A stretch of 64,000 bases of DNA from Elusimicrobiota bacterium. GTDB lineage: Bacteria > Elusimicrobiota > Elusimicrobia > UBA1565. Positions 38,055 to 47,491 of this stretch are shown piece after piece. A program made the translations under genes and the position numbers. The notes under the pieces are model-generated. The model did no database searches. It was not told where the DNA came from and saw only the letters and a list, made by a program, of their open reading frames with translations. Each line of letters starts with the position of its first letter. The stretch's first letter is position 1. The DNA is taken from contig JBDRPD010000083.1 in the NCBI GenBank assembly GCA_043827405.1, positions 212,025-276,024 of the forward strand, in the 5' to 3' direction.

Positions 38055-38960
38055 GTGAAGACTCTAGCGGCTCTCGCCCTTCTGTGCCTCCTCGCCGGGA
38101 GAGCGGCGGCGGGCTACGAGGAAGGCTGGCCGATGCGAACCTCCATGCATTATAGCGTCCGGCATGAGGCCGCGCCGCCGGCGGGATTTACGGGAAAGAT
38201 TGAGCGCATCCACCGCTCCCTGCGCAGGGAGTTTTGGTCCCTGAGCCGGTGGATGGACACCGAGAAGATCCATATCTACCTCTACCGCGATCTCAAGAGC
38301 TACCGTGCCGGATCATTCAGCCCGCCGTCCTGGTCCAACGGCCAGGCGCGCTATTCCTCGGCGCCCAATTCACCCAAGCAGCTGCTCATCCCGTCCGACG
38401 CCAGCGCCGACGTCATCGCCCATGAAACGGCGCATCTGCTTTTGGGCAGCTACTTCATGGAAACCAAGGCGGTGCCGCCCAACTGGCTCAACGAAGGTTT
38501 GGCCGTCATGATGGGCCGGGACGTGGAGAACCCGAAGAAAAAAGATTACCGCGGCCCGAAGCTGGCGTCGTATATTCCCCTGCGCCAGTTCTTTTCCACC
38601 AAGCCCGGGCGCGACGCGCATCAGGAGGGCGTCAATGCCTGGTATGGGCAGGCGGAATCTCTGGTGCGCTTCCTGAAGGCCACGCGGCCGCCCTTTAACT
38701 TCACCCGGCTATGCAAGCTGCTGCGCGAGGGAAGCTCCAGCGAGCGAGCCTTGTTTCAGGCCTATTCCTTTCGCAGCGTGGAGGAGATGCAGAAGGAGTG
38801 GCTGAAGTGGGCGGCGGAGGGCAGGGAAAAGCGGGTGCGTATTGAGTCCAGGCCGGAGCCGTCCAAGGCGCAGCCGCCCTCCGCGCGCCCTTCTTCAGGT
38901 GAAGAAGATGGGGGAGTTAATATCAGAGACGGCGAGGGCGGCGTCCCGCTTTTGCGATAA
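38055..38960 (+). CDS. Exported gluzincin (peptidase MA-like) metallopeptidase
   Basis: Signal peptide; IAHETAH...PNWLNEGLA; YGQAESLVRFL. Confidence 0.8.
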   Translation: MKTLAALALLCLLAGRAAAGYEEGWPMRTSMHYSVRHEAAPPAGFTGKIERIHRSLRREFWSLSRWMDTEKIHIYLYRDLKSYRAGSFSPPSWSNGQARYSSAPNSPKQLLIPSDASADVIAHETAHLLLGSYFMETKAVPPNWLNEGLAVMMGRDVENPKKKDYRGPKLASYIPLRQFFSTKPGRDAHQEGVNAWYGQAESLVRFLKATRPPFNFTRLCKLLREGSSSERALFQAYSFRSVEEMQKEWLKWAAEGREKRVRIESRPEPSKAQPPSARPSSGEEDGGVNIRDGEGGVPLLR

Positions 38961-38972
38961 TGGGACCTCTAT

Positions 38973-39626
38973 ATGAAAGGCAGTATTAAATTTGAGGAGA
39001 TCTGGAGCTCGGGGCTCTCGGCCCTGGGGGCATTGCTCGCCGTGCCGGCGACCTTCTTCCTGCTGGTGCCGTCTCTGCAGGCGGGCAAGGCCTGGCATGT
39101 CGCGGGCTTTATGATCTACGGGATCGGTCTATTCGTTATGTTTACGGCCAGCACCCTCTATCACGGCTATGAGGGTTCGGAGGCGGTAAAGCGCTTCCTG
39201 CACCGTCTCGACTACTGCGCGGTGGCGACGGCGATCTCCTCGGGCTTCACGCCCTTCTGCCTGATTCTGGAGCGTACCTACTACGGCTATATGGTGCTGA
39301 CTTTGATCTGGTTTTCGGCGCTGTCGGCGGTATACGTCAAGCTCACGCGGCCGCGCGCACCGAAATGGGTTTTCGTTCTCTTCTACCTGGGCATGGGCTG
39401 GGCGGGCCTGTTTTTGGTGCCGTCCCTGATCCGTCTGGGCTGGGGTCCGGTGCTGCTGATGTCGGGCGGGGGGCTGTCCTATTCGATCGGGGCGGTGTTC
39501 TTCAACTGGGGCTCGCATCCGACGCGGCGCTTTCGCTTCGGCAAGCATGAGATCTGGCATTTGTTCATCCTGGCCGGGGCGACGGCGCACTTTCTCGCCA
39601 TCTTCCTCTACCTCCTGCCGTATTAG
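38973..39626 (+). CDS. Hemolysin III / PAQR (TrhA-like) membrane protein
   Basis: ASTLYH, RLDY, YLGMGW, GGLSYSIG, HEIWHLF. Confidence 0.92.
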   Translation: MKGSIKFEEIWSSGLSALGALLAVPATFFLLVPSLQAGKAWHVAGFMIYGIGLFVMFTASTLYHGYEGSEAVKRFLHRLDYCAVATAISSGFTPFCLILERTYYGYMVLTLIWFSALSAVYVKLTRPRAPKWVFVLFYLGMGWAGLFLVPSLIRLGWGPVLLMSGGGLSYSIGAVFFNWGSHPTRRFRFGKHEIWHLFILAGATAHFLAIFLYLLPY

Positions 39627-39642
39627 CCGGCGGGGACCCGGG

Positions 39643-40032
39643 CTACTGCTCGTCGTCCTGAGGAGCGGCTTGCGGCTTCTTTTTACCGCCCTTCTTGCGG
39701 GGCTTCTTCGCCGGCATCACCCGGATATGCACCGTCAGCGCGGCCGCGCCGACGTACTCGACGCGGGCCTTGTCGCCCGGCTTCACATCCGGCGGTCCGA
39801 TCTTCTTGCGGTCGCCGCCTTTGGTGAACGCCGTTTCCTGCGTCAGCTTGAACTCCCGAGGGGCGCCCTTTCTCCCTTTGAGAACAAGCGTCCCGGCCTC
39901 GGCATCAATGCTTTGGATGCGGCCCGTAAAGCGCTTGGGTTTGTTCTTTGCCGCTCCGGCCGGCGCTGCCGCCAGCCAAAAAAGGACGCAGGCCGCGGCG
40001 CCGAATACGAGCGCGTATTTTCTATTGACCAT
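39643..40032 (-). CDS. Small basic exported protein (OB-fold/DUF5666-like)
   Basis: Signal peptide from ATG 40032; FTGRIQSID..GTLVL, DVKPGDKARVEY. Confidence 0.6.
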   Translation of the reverse strand: MVNRKYALVFGAAACVLFWLAAAPAGAAKNKPKRFTGRIQSIDAEAGTLVLKGRKGAPREFKLTQETAFTKGGDRKKIGPPDVKPGDKARVEYVGAAALTVHIRVMPAKKPRKKGGKKKPQAAPQDDEQ

Positions 40033-40168
40033 GAATGATACCGTTCCTCGCGGGATCCCGCCCCATGGACGTCCGGAGCGGTCACTAGTATTACGCGGCG
40101 GCGCGGAAAAAGTTCCCACGCGGAACTTAACGGGCGGCCGTGCGTAGTCATTACGCCATGCCTCAGCC

Positions 40169-41496
40169 ATGAATAAACCGCAGCCGGCCGACGGGGGGCG
40201 CTCACGAGCGCCAAGGGACTGGTAAAATCCAGCCTTCGCGCCTCCATCGTCGACGGACTGTTCTGGTCCGTCATGACGGGGTTCGTCGAGGGCTATATCG
40301 TCCCGTTCGCTCTGCTGCTGCGGGCCGGCGGCATGGAGATCGGGCTGCTGCGCTCGCTGCCCGCCCTGGTCGGCGCGCTCACGCAGGTTCGCGCCGCCGA
40401 TATCGTAAATTTCGTCGGCAGCCGGAAGGCCGTCGTCACCGCTTGCGCTTTGGTCCAAGTCGTCTGCCTGCTGCTGATGGCGGGCTGCGTCTTCCTGGAG
40501 CGGGACGCGGCGCTGTGGACGTTTGTTTTACTGGTCGTTCTGTTCACCACGGCCGGCACGCTGTCCGGTCCGCCGTGGACCAGCATGATGGGAGAATATC
40601 TCCCGCCGTCCAAGCGGGGGGAATTCCTGGGGTGGCGCAGCCGGCTTGTCGGCATCTCCCTGACGGGCTTCAGTCTGCTCGGCGGCTTCATCCTGGCATT
40701 CAGCGGCGACGGGCGGGGGCGGGGCTTCGCCCTGCTCTTTCTCGCCGCGGCCGGAGCCCGCCTCGCCTCGTGGATGCAGCTGCGCCGGATGCATGAGCCG
40801 TCCCGTTCCGCGTCGCCGCAGGAGGGTTTTTCCTTCTACCGCTTCCTGCGCAAGACGCCGAGCAGCAACTTCGCTCGCTTCACTCTCACCTGCGCGCTGC
40901 TGATGTTCGGGACGCACCTTTCCAGCCCGTTCTTCGCCCCCTATATGATCGAACAGCTGGGCCTGGGCTACATAAAGTATACCGTGGTGATCTCGGCGGG
41001 CACGTTCGCGCTTTACACGTCGATGAGCCGCTGGGGGCGATGGGCCGACTATTTGGGGGGGATCAGCGTGGTGCGTTCAGGGATGGTGATGATCCCCCTC
41101 ATTCCTCTGCTCTGGTGCGCGACGGCGAATCCGATATGGCTGGCGTTCTTCGAAGTGTTTTCCGGCTTCGCCTGGGCCGCCTACGGCATGGGGACCGGCA
41201 CCTTCCTGTACGACGCCGTATCCCCGGAGAAGCGTACGCGCTGCGCCGCCTACTTCGCCGCGACTATCGGGCTGGCGCAATGCCTCGGCGCGGTGACCGG
41301 CGGCTGGCTCTACGAGAACCTTCCCGCCGTCGGCGGCAGCTCGTTCTATCCGCTGCTCGTGCTCTCGGCCGCGGGCCGGCTGGCGGCGGCGCTGGTCTTT
41401 ATCTACAGCGTCAGCGAGGTGCGGCCGGTTCCGCGGCCGCGGCGGCGGCACCTGATGCTGGCGATCATCGGCTTCCGGCCGCTGTTCTACCGCTAG
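40169..41496 (+). CDS. MFS transporter, apparently frameshifted near its 5' end
   Basis: Multi-TM MFS (WTSMMGEYLPPSKRGEF, WGRWADYLG); frame of 40273 extends upstream (SLRASIVDGLFWSVM) without an ATG, and ATG 40169 joins it if the G6 run at 40193-40198 were G7. Confidence 0.8.
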
Positions 41497-41535
41497 ACGC
41501 CGGCTCCCGCCGGGCGTGCAGCGTCGGCGATTTCT

Positions 41536-41976
41536 TCACGGAATCAGCTCTTTGATTTTCTCAACGACGTCTTTCTCGGCGATGATGCGCTTGGTGTTGG
41601 TGTCCTGCCAGTCGAGGACATAGGCGCGGCGCGGTCCGAGCTGGCTTTCCTTGAGGTTGAGGAAGAGGACGAACTCTTTGCCTTTTTCGAGGGTTAGGGG
41701 GCCGACTTCGAACTCGATTTCTTCCGGGAACTGGAATTTAATGATCTTCCCTATTTTCGCGCGTACTTGGCTGCGGGACTGCAGCCATTCGCCGTTTTCG
41801 CCGCGGCGGGGCTCGGCGATTTGGCGGTTGTGGGTGATCTCGCCGGTGGCGATGAAGGCGGCGTTGTGTATCATGTGGGCCAGGGGAACGGTGGGTTTGG
41901 CGGCGGCGGCGCGGCCGGCGATGAAGGCGGCGCTCATAAGGGCGATTATGAATATGAGGTGTTTGGGCTTGGTCAT
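41536..41976 (-). CDS. Hypothetical exported protein
   Basis: Signal peptide ending RAAAA; lower GC; LEKGKEFVLFL. Confidence 0.6.
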   Translation of the reverse strand: MTKPKHLIFIIALMSAAFIAGRAAAAKPTVPLAHMIHNAAFIATGEITHNRQIAEPRRGENGEWLQSRSQVRAKIGKIIKFQFPEEIEFEVGPLTLEKGKEFVLFLNLKESQLGPRRAYVLDWQDTNTKRIIAEKDVVEKIKELIP

Positions 41977-42090
41977 GGGGCCATGGTAGCTAATATGAGG
42001 AAGGACCCGAAATCTCTACCTAAGCGGCTTTCGCGGAGTTCTCCTAATTTGCTATTGAATGAAATCTAACGCCAATAGGAGTGGCCAATA

Positions 42091-42753
42091 ATGTTCGGCG
42101 ATAAGCTGGTTTGGGATAGTCATAGCACGCGATACGCGGAGAAGATCTTCCGTGAGATGCCGGAAGATCTGTTCCTGAAGAAAACCATAATTTCCGTCGG
42201 CGGCATTTCGGGAACAAGGAAGTCGGAAACGGCTTTTTGCCTGGCGGATTTGCTGATCAAGCGGGGCAAGGAAGCGCATATCATCTCGAGCGACGATTAC
42301 TACAAAACGCGCTGGAACGATAGAAGCGCGGTCAGGATAAAGACGAATCTCAAGGATGTGGGACCGGAGGAGCTCGACTGGCAAAGACTTTTATGGACTT
42401 TTGAGACGTTTAAAAACCCCTTGTATCAGCAGATGCATTTTTTCCAGATGTCCAAGTACTCCACCGCCATCATCCAGGCGTTTATCGACAAGGCGCGCTG
42501 CGACATCCTGATCTTTGAAGGCCTCTATGCCTGCGATCCGAGAATAGACGCCGATCTGAAGGTGCATCTCGGCCCCTGCGATCCGCAGGAGACCTTCGAC
42601 TTCAGGCAGCAGCGCGGCAAGGAAAATGAGGTCAGCGATCTCCGCAGGCAGATAGTGGAAAAGGAATGTGCCGCCGTGAAGCGGCTGAAAAAGCACGCGG
42701 ATCTCGTCCTGCTCCCCGAGAAGCCGGAGAGCGGAGAGCCGCCGGCGGACTAA
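42091..42753 (+). CDS. Uridine-kinase-like P-loop protein
   Basis: ISVGGISGTRKSETA (Walker A variant), SSDDYY, LIFEGLYA. Confidence 0.7.
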   Translation: MFGDKLVWDSHSTRYAEKIFREMPEDLFLKKTIISVGGISGTRKSETAFCLADLLIKRGKEAHIISSDDYYKTRWNDRSAVRIKTNLKDVGPEELDWQRLLWTFETFKNPLYQQMHFFQMSKYSTAIIQAFIDKARCDILIFEGLYACDPRIDADLKVHLGPCDPQETFDFRQQRGKENEVSDLRRQIVEKECAAVKRLKKHADLVLLPEKPESGEPPAD

Positions 42754-42793
42754 ACGCAGGCACCGGACGAATTCGAACCGGGGAGAGGATAAG

Positions 42794-43372
42794 ATGGCCG
42801 AAAGCATCAAAGGCACGCAAACGGAAAAAAACCTGCTGCTGGCGTTCGCGGGCGAATCGCAGGCGAGAAATAGATACACCTATTTCGCTGGTGCCGCCAG
42901 AAAGGAAGGCCTGATGCAGATGGCCGATATATTCGAAGAAACGGCGAACCAGGAAAAAGAGCATGCCAAGAGATTCTTCACGTTTCTCGAAGGGGGCGAC
43001 GTTGAAATAACGGGAGCATTCCCCGCCGGGAAAGTCGGGACAACACTGGAGAATTTGCGTGCCGCCGCCGCCGGCGAGGAGCACGAATGGACGGAAATGT
43101 ATCCCGCCTTCGCCGAGGTCGCCAGGAAGGAGGGTTTTAGCCAGGTCGCGGCGGCATTTAAGACGATCGCGATCGCTGAAAAGCAGCACGGCAAGCGCTA
43201 CCAAGAGCTCGCGGACAACCTCGCGGCGGGAAAAGTCTTCAAAAGAAACGGAAAGGTTGTTTGGCGATGCCGGAATTGCGGCTATCTGCACGAGTCGGAA
43301 GAGGCGCCCAAGGCATGTCCCGCATGCCTGCACCCGCAAGCCTATTTCGAGCTGCTGGGCGAAAATTGGTGA
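42794..43372 (+). CDS. rbr: Rubrerythrin
   Basis: AFAGESQARNRY, EKEHAK, EKQH, WRCRNCGY...CPAC.HP. Confidence 0.96.
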   Translation: MAESIKGTQTEKNLLLAFAGESQARNRYTYFAGAARKEGLMQMADIFEETANQEKEHAKRFFTFLEGGDVEITGAFPAGKVGTTLENLRAAAAGEEHEWTEMYPAFAEVARKEGFSQVAAAFKTIAIAEKQHGKRYQELADNLAAGKVFKRNGKVVWRCRNCGYLHESEEAPKACPACLHPQAYFELLGENW

Positions 43373-43460
43373 TCGCCGCCCGGGCGCGAATTACGGCGGT
43401 TGAATAGGCCCGGACGTGGTGTACAATGAGGGGGATGAGTTTCGCCGCCTGGAGCGCGCC

Positions 43461-44108
43461 ATGAAAAAACTGCTTTTTCTCTGCCTCGCGTCATCTCTCT
43501 TCCTTGGTGTGCCGAGCCCCGGTTCGGCAGTCACGAACGCCGTCCCCGATATCGGCGCGGGAAACGCGGTCGAACCGGAAGGATATGAGGAAAACGACCT
43601 AAGCCAAAGCCTGTTCTCGGCCTGCGGACCCATGGGCGTGCTCTGCCCCACCCGCCGCACCGGCACATTAAACGTTCTGCCGGAAGGCGCCCCCGCCATC
43701 AACGGCTTCAGCGATCTCGGACCGGCCGGCGTCAAGGGCGATATCGACGGCCCGATGTCGCGGGGCAACGGCGGCTATCAGGTGCGCAAGAACGAGGACT
43801 ATTTACTGTCGGTCGCGCTCAAGACCGGCTATATGGATTTCGTCTTCACCCTCAAGCGCGTCCGCGAGACCGGCGCCGATACGGTCAATATCGTCGGCCG
43901 GATGTGGAAGCAGGACAAGTGGATAGACGTCGACGGCACAAACGACGTCACCGTGGCCTACGATGTAAAAAAGGACACGGGCCGGTTAAGCTGGGTGGAG
44001 CGCGGCCAGAAGAAGAGCGAGCGCTTCTGGCGCGGGGAAAACCGCGACGGCCGCATGACCATAGAGTTCGGCGGCGGCTACGACCACGAATTCAAGCGCG
44101 GGAAGTAG
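43461..44108 (+). CDS. Hypothetical exported beta-rich protein
   Basis: Signal peptide MKKLLFLCLASSLFLG from ATG 43461. Confidence 0.6.
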   Translation: MKKLLFLCLASSLFLGVPSPGSAVTNAVPDIGAGNAVEPEGYEENDLSQSLFSACGPMGVLCPTRRTGTLNVLPEGAPAINGFSDLGPAGVKGDIDGPMSRGNGGYQVRKNEDYLLSVALKTGYMDFVFTLKRVRETGADTVNIVGRMWKQDKWIDVDGTNDVTVAYDVKKDTGRLSWVERGQKKSERFWRGENRDGRMTIEFGGGYDHEFKRGK

Positions 44109-44117
44109 CCGCCCCGC

Positions 44118-44306
44118 CTACTGCGACGGACAAGAGCCGCCGTCGCAGGGACGGCCGCAGGGACCGAGCGGCGGCCCGGATGAGGCCTTCGAAGCCACCC
44201 CCGGCACCTCGTCGGAAACCTTGACGATCTCCCCCAGCTCCTTGTCGTAGACGTAGCGGCCTGTTATCCCCGCCGGCTTCTGGTCTTTCTTTTTCTTCTT
44301 CGCCAT
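44118..44306 (-). CDS. Small 62-aa protein with Cys-rich C-terminus at the end of the catabolic operon
   Basis: ATG 44306, 2 nt after the upstream stop; MAKKKKK...GRYVYDKELGEIVKVSD...CGRPCDGGSCP. Confidence 0.65.
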   Translation of the reverse strand: MAKKKKKDQKPAGITGRYVYDKELGEIVKVSDEVPGVASKASSGPPLGPCGRPCDGGSCPSQ

Positions 44307-44308
44307 GC

Positions 44309-45322
44309 TCAGGGACGGCCGCCCATCGTCAGCGCCATCAGCGACTTCACCGTGTGCAGGCGGTTTTCGGCCTGGTCGAAGACGATGCTCTGCGGCCCGT
44401 CGATCACCGCGTCCTCGACTTCGGCGCCGCGGTCGGCCGGCAGCGGATGCATGTAGACCGCGTCCTTCTTGGCCCGCTTCATCAGCTTCTCGGTGCAGAC
44501 CCACTTCTTGTACTTGTTGAGAATCTCCATGCCGACCTTCTGGCGGTCCTTTTCCGGGATCTTTTTGTCTTCGAGGTGCTGGTGGCAGCCCCAGGACTTG
44601 GGGTAGAGCACGGTCGCGCCCTTGAAGGCGTCTTCCATGTTGTGGGTGACGGTGAGCTTCGAGCCCGCCTCCTTGGCGAACTTCTTGGCCGATTCCATCT
44701 GGTCCGGCCGGAGGTTGAACTCCTTGGGATAGGCCAAGGTCACGTCCATGCCGAAGCGCGGCATGAGGTTGATGAGGCCCTGCGGGATGGACATGGGCCG
44801 CGCGTAGGCCGGGGCGTAGGTCCAGGAGATGACGAACTTGTGGCCCTTGAGGTTGTCGCCGAACTTCTCGCGGATGGTCATGAGGTCGGCGATATGCTGG
44901 CACGGGTGGTCTACGTCGCACTGCAGGTTGATGACCGGGATGTCGGCGTAGTGCGCCACCTCGCGCAGGTACTTGTTGCCGATGCCGTAGAAGCAGTTGC
45001 GGATGGCGATGCCGTGGCCGTAGCGTGACAGTACCTTGCCGGTGTCCTTGGGCGTTTCGCCGTGCGAGATCTGCATCTTGTCGGGCGTCAGGTCGTGAGC
45101 ATGGCCGCCAAGCTGGGTCATGCCCGCTTCGGTGGAGTTGCGCGTGCGGGTGCTCTGCTCGAAGAACATCATGAACAGCGTCTTGTCCTGCAGCAGGCGG
45201 TGCGGCTGGCCGAGGGCGAAGCGGCGTTTCAGGTCCTTGGCGACGTCTAAAACGGTTTCAAGTTCGTCCTTGGTCCAGTCGGCGGCTTCGATCCAGTCTT
45301 TTCCTCTGAGCATGCTTTGCAT
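44309..45322 (-). CDS. YgeW-like carbamoyltransferase (ATCase/OTCase family)
   Basis: STRT, HPCQ, HPLPAD; WTYAPAYARPMSIPQG and LYPKSWG segments resemble YgeW rather than ArgF. Confidence 0.8.
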   Translation of the reverse strand: MQSMLRGKDWIEAADWTKDELETVLDVAKDLKRRFALGQPHRLLQDKTLFMMFFEQSTRTRNSTEAGMTQLGGHAHDLTPDKMQISHGETPKDTGKVLSRYGHGIAIRNCFYGIGNKYLREVAHYADIPVINLQCDVDHPCQHIADLMTIREKFGDNLKGHKFVISWTYAPAYARPMSIPQGLINLMPRFGMDVTLAYPKEFNLRPDQMESAKKFAKEAGSKLTVTHNMEDAFKGATVLYPKSWGCHQHLEDKKIPEKDRQKVGMEILNKYKKWVCTEKLMKRAKKDAVYMHPLPADRGAEVEDAVIDGPQSIVFDQAENRLHTVKSLMALTMGGRP

Positions 45323-45334
45323 AGCGGTTTCTCC

Positions 45335-46531
45335 TTACTTGGTCAGGTATTGGGGTATAGCGGCGTAGAAAACGGCGGCCTTGAGCAGGTCGTCGACCTT
45401 CATCTTCTCTTTGACGGTATGGGCCAGCACTTCGTCGGCGGGTCCGAAGCCGATGGTGGGGATCTTCAGGCGCCCGGAAGACGCCACCCCGTTGGTGGAA
45501 AAAACCCACTTGTCGACGATGGGCGGCTTGCCGAGCGCGGTATGCCCCGCCTGCTCGGCGGCTTTGACCAGCTTGTGGTTGCGCGGCGTCACCCAGGTCG
45601 GGAAGTACTTCTCCTGGCCGACCTTGAGCCCGGTCCAGGCCTTGGTCTCATAGTCGAGCACCGAGACCTTGCCCTGGTACTTCTTGACCGACTTAAGCTT
45701 CTTGATCTCGGCCACCGAGCTCTTGCGGGTCTCGCCCACGGTGAGCCGGCGGTCCAGATAGATGGTGCACTCATCGGGTACGGCGTTGAGCGAAGGAGTC
45801 TCGCATTCGATTTTAGTCACCGCGACGGTGCCCTTGCCGATGAAGGGATCCGTCTTCAGCTTCTTGTTGAGCTCCGTGATCTCCTGGATGATATGCGACA
45901 TATGGGCCACGGCGTTGATCCCGCGCTCGGGGGCCGAGGCATGGCATGAACGTCCCTTGACCACGACCTTCATCTCCATGCGCCCGCGGTGGCCGCGGTA
46001 GACCCGCAGGCAGGTGGGCTCGGTGATGACGACATAGTCGGGCTTGAGCTTCTCTTTATTGACGATGTGCAGGATGGGCAGCCCGTCGCAGTCCTCTTCC
46101 AGGCAGGAGCCGACGGCGTAATAGGTATAGTCGCCCTGCATCTTCAGGTCCTTGATCAGCTTGCCGCCGTAGACCATAGAGACCATGGACAGCTTCTGGT
46201 CGGTGGCGCCGCGGCCGTAGATGACGCCGTTTTCGTACTTGCCCTTGAAGGGATCCCATTTCCAGGCGCTTTTGTCGCCGATGCCGACGGTGTCGATATG
46301 GGCGTCGACCATGATCTTCTTCCTGCCGCTGCCGATGCGGCCGATGATATTGCCCATCTTGTCGATCTTGACGGCGTCGAAGCCGACCTTGCGCATCTCC
46401 TTGGCGATGAGCTTGACGAGCGGGCCTTCCTGGCCGGAAAAGCTCGGCGTCGCGATGATGTCGCGGGCGAACTTGACCATGGCCGGGCGGTATTTCTTGA
46501 TCGTTTTGTTGAGCAGCTTCCTGTCCACCAT
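45335..46531 (-). CDS. ygeY: YgeY-family M20 metallo-hydrolase
   Basis: DAHIDTVG, GRGATDQK, EEDCDGL, GHRGRME, CHASAPERG.NA, KWVFSTNGV. Confidence 0.85.
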   Translation of the reverse strand: MVDRKLLNKTIKKYRPAMVKFARDIIATPSFSGQEGPLVKLIAKEMRKVGFDAVKIDKMGNIIGRIGSGRKKIMVDAHIDTVGIGDKSAWKWDPFKGKYENGVIYGRGATDQKLSMVSMVYGGKLIKDLKMQGDYTYYAVGSCLEEDCDGLPILHIVNKEKLKPDYVVITEPTCLRVYRGHRGRMEMKVVVKGRSCHASAPERGINAVAHMSHIIQEITELNKKLKTDPFIGKGTVAVTKIECETPSLNAVPDECTIYLDRRLTVGETRKSSVAEIKKLKSVKKYQGKVSVLDYETKAWTGLKVGQEKYFPTWVTPRNHKLVKAAEQAGHTALGKPPIVDKWVFSTNGVASSGRLKIPTIGFGPADEVLAHTVKEKMKVDDLLKAAVFYAAIPQYLTK

Positions 46532-46547
46532 AAATCCTCCGCGTCGG

Positions 46548-47489
46548 TTATAAGAAAATGTGCGTACCGGTCTCGCCCGCGATCGCGCGCTCGAGGTTCG
46601 GCGGATCGGTGATCAGCGCTTCCTTGCCGCCGCCTTCCAGGAACTCGATGCAGGCCCGTACCTTGGGCAGCATGCTGCCGGGCTTGAAGTGGCCTTCTTC
46701 GATGTAGCGCTTGGCCTCGGCGACCGTGATCTTGTCGAGGCCCTGCTGGCCGGGCTGGCCGAAATTAAGATAGACCTTCTCCACCGCGGTGGAGATCACC
46801 AGAAGATCCGCCTTGAGCTTGCGCGCCAGCAGGCTGGAGGCCAAATCCTTGTCGATGACCGCGGCCGCGCCTTCCAGCTCGCCTTGGTCGTTCTCGATTA
46901 CCGGGATGCCGCCGCCGCCGGCGGCGATGACGGTAAAGCCGGCGCGGATGAGCTCATTGATGGCGTCGAACTCGAGGATCTCGAGCGGCGCCGGCGAGGC
47001 CACCACCCGGCGCCAGCCGCGTCCGGAATCCTCGACCATATCCCAGCCGTTCTGGGCGCGGCGCTGGTCCGCCTCCTCCCGGCTCATGAAGGAGCCGATG
47101 GGCTTGGAGGGATTCTTGAAGGACGGGTCGTTCTTGTCGACCAGAACCTGGGTCACCACGGTGGCGGCCTTTTCCTGCATGCCCTTCTTTTTGAATTCGT
47201 TGCGCAGGGCGCGCTGGATGTGATAGCCGATGGCGCCCTGGGTATCGGCGCCGCAGGAGTCCAGCGGCACCATATGCAGTTCCTTCTGCGCCAGCTCGGC
47301 GCGGCGCAGGATAAAGCCGACCTGCGGGCCGTTGCCGTGGGTGATCACCACGTCGTATTCATGCCGGATCATGGCGGCGATATGGGCGCAGGTCGCGGCG
47401 CAGGCTTGGTACTGGTCCGGCACCGTCTTGTGTTCCTTATCGGTGATCAGTGAGTTCCCGCCGATGGCGACGACCGCGATTTTGCTCAT
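46548..47489 (-). CDS. arcC: Carbamate kinase
   Basis: AIGGNSL, THGNGPQVG, GWRRVVASP, GGGGIPV, AVIDKD, GSMLPKV. Confidence 0.95.
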   Translation of the reverse strand: MSKIAVVAIGGNSLITDKEHKTVPDQYQACAATCAHIAAMIRHEYDVVITHGNGPQVGFILRRAELAQKELHMVPLDSCGADTQGAIGYHIQRALRNEFKKKGMQEKAATVVTQVLVDKNDPSFKNPSKPIGSFMSREEADQRRAQNGWDMVEDSGRGWRRVVASPAPLEILEFDAINELIRAGFTVIAAGGGGIPVIENDQGELEGAAAVIDKDLASSLLARKLKADLLVISTAVEKVYLNFGQPGQQGLDKITVAEAKRYIEEGHFKPGSMLPKVRACIEFLEGGGKEALITDPPNLERAIAGETGTHIFL

Positions 47490-47491
47490 TT

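Noticed and set aside
44307..44921. 267-aa ORF 44118-44921
   Set aside because: Most of it overlaps the carbamoyltransferase out of frame; only the last 62 codons look like a real gene
44309..45322. Housekeeping ornithine carbamoyltransferase (argF) or arginine deiminase pathway
   Set aside because: It lacks the SMG ornithine-binding loop and HCLP, carries YgeW-like segments, sits beside ygeY, and no arcA is present
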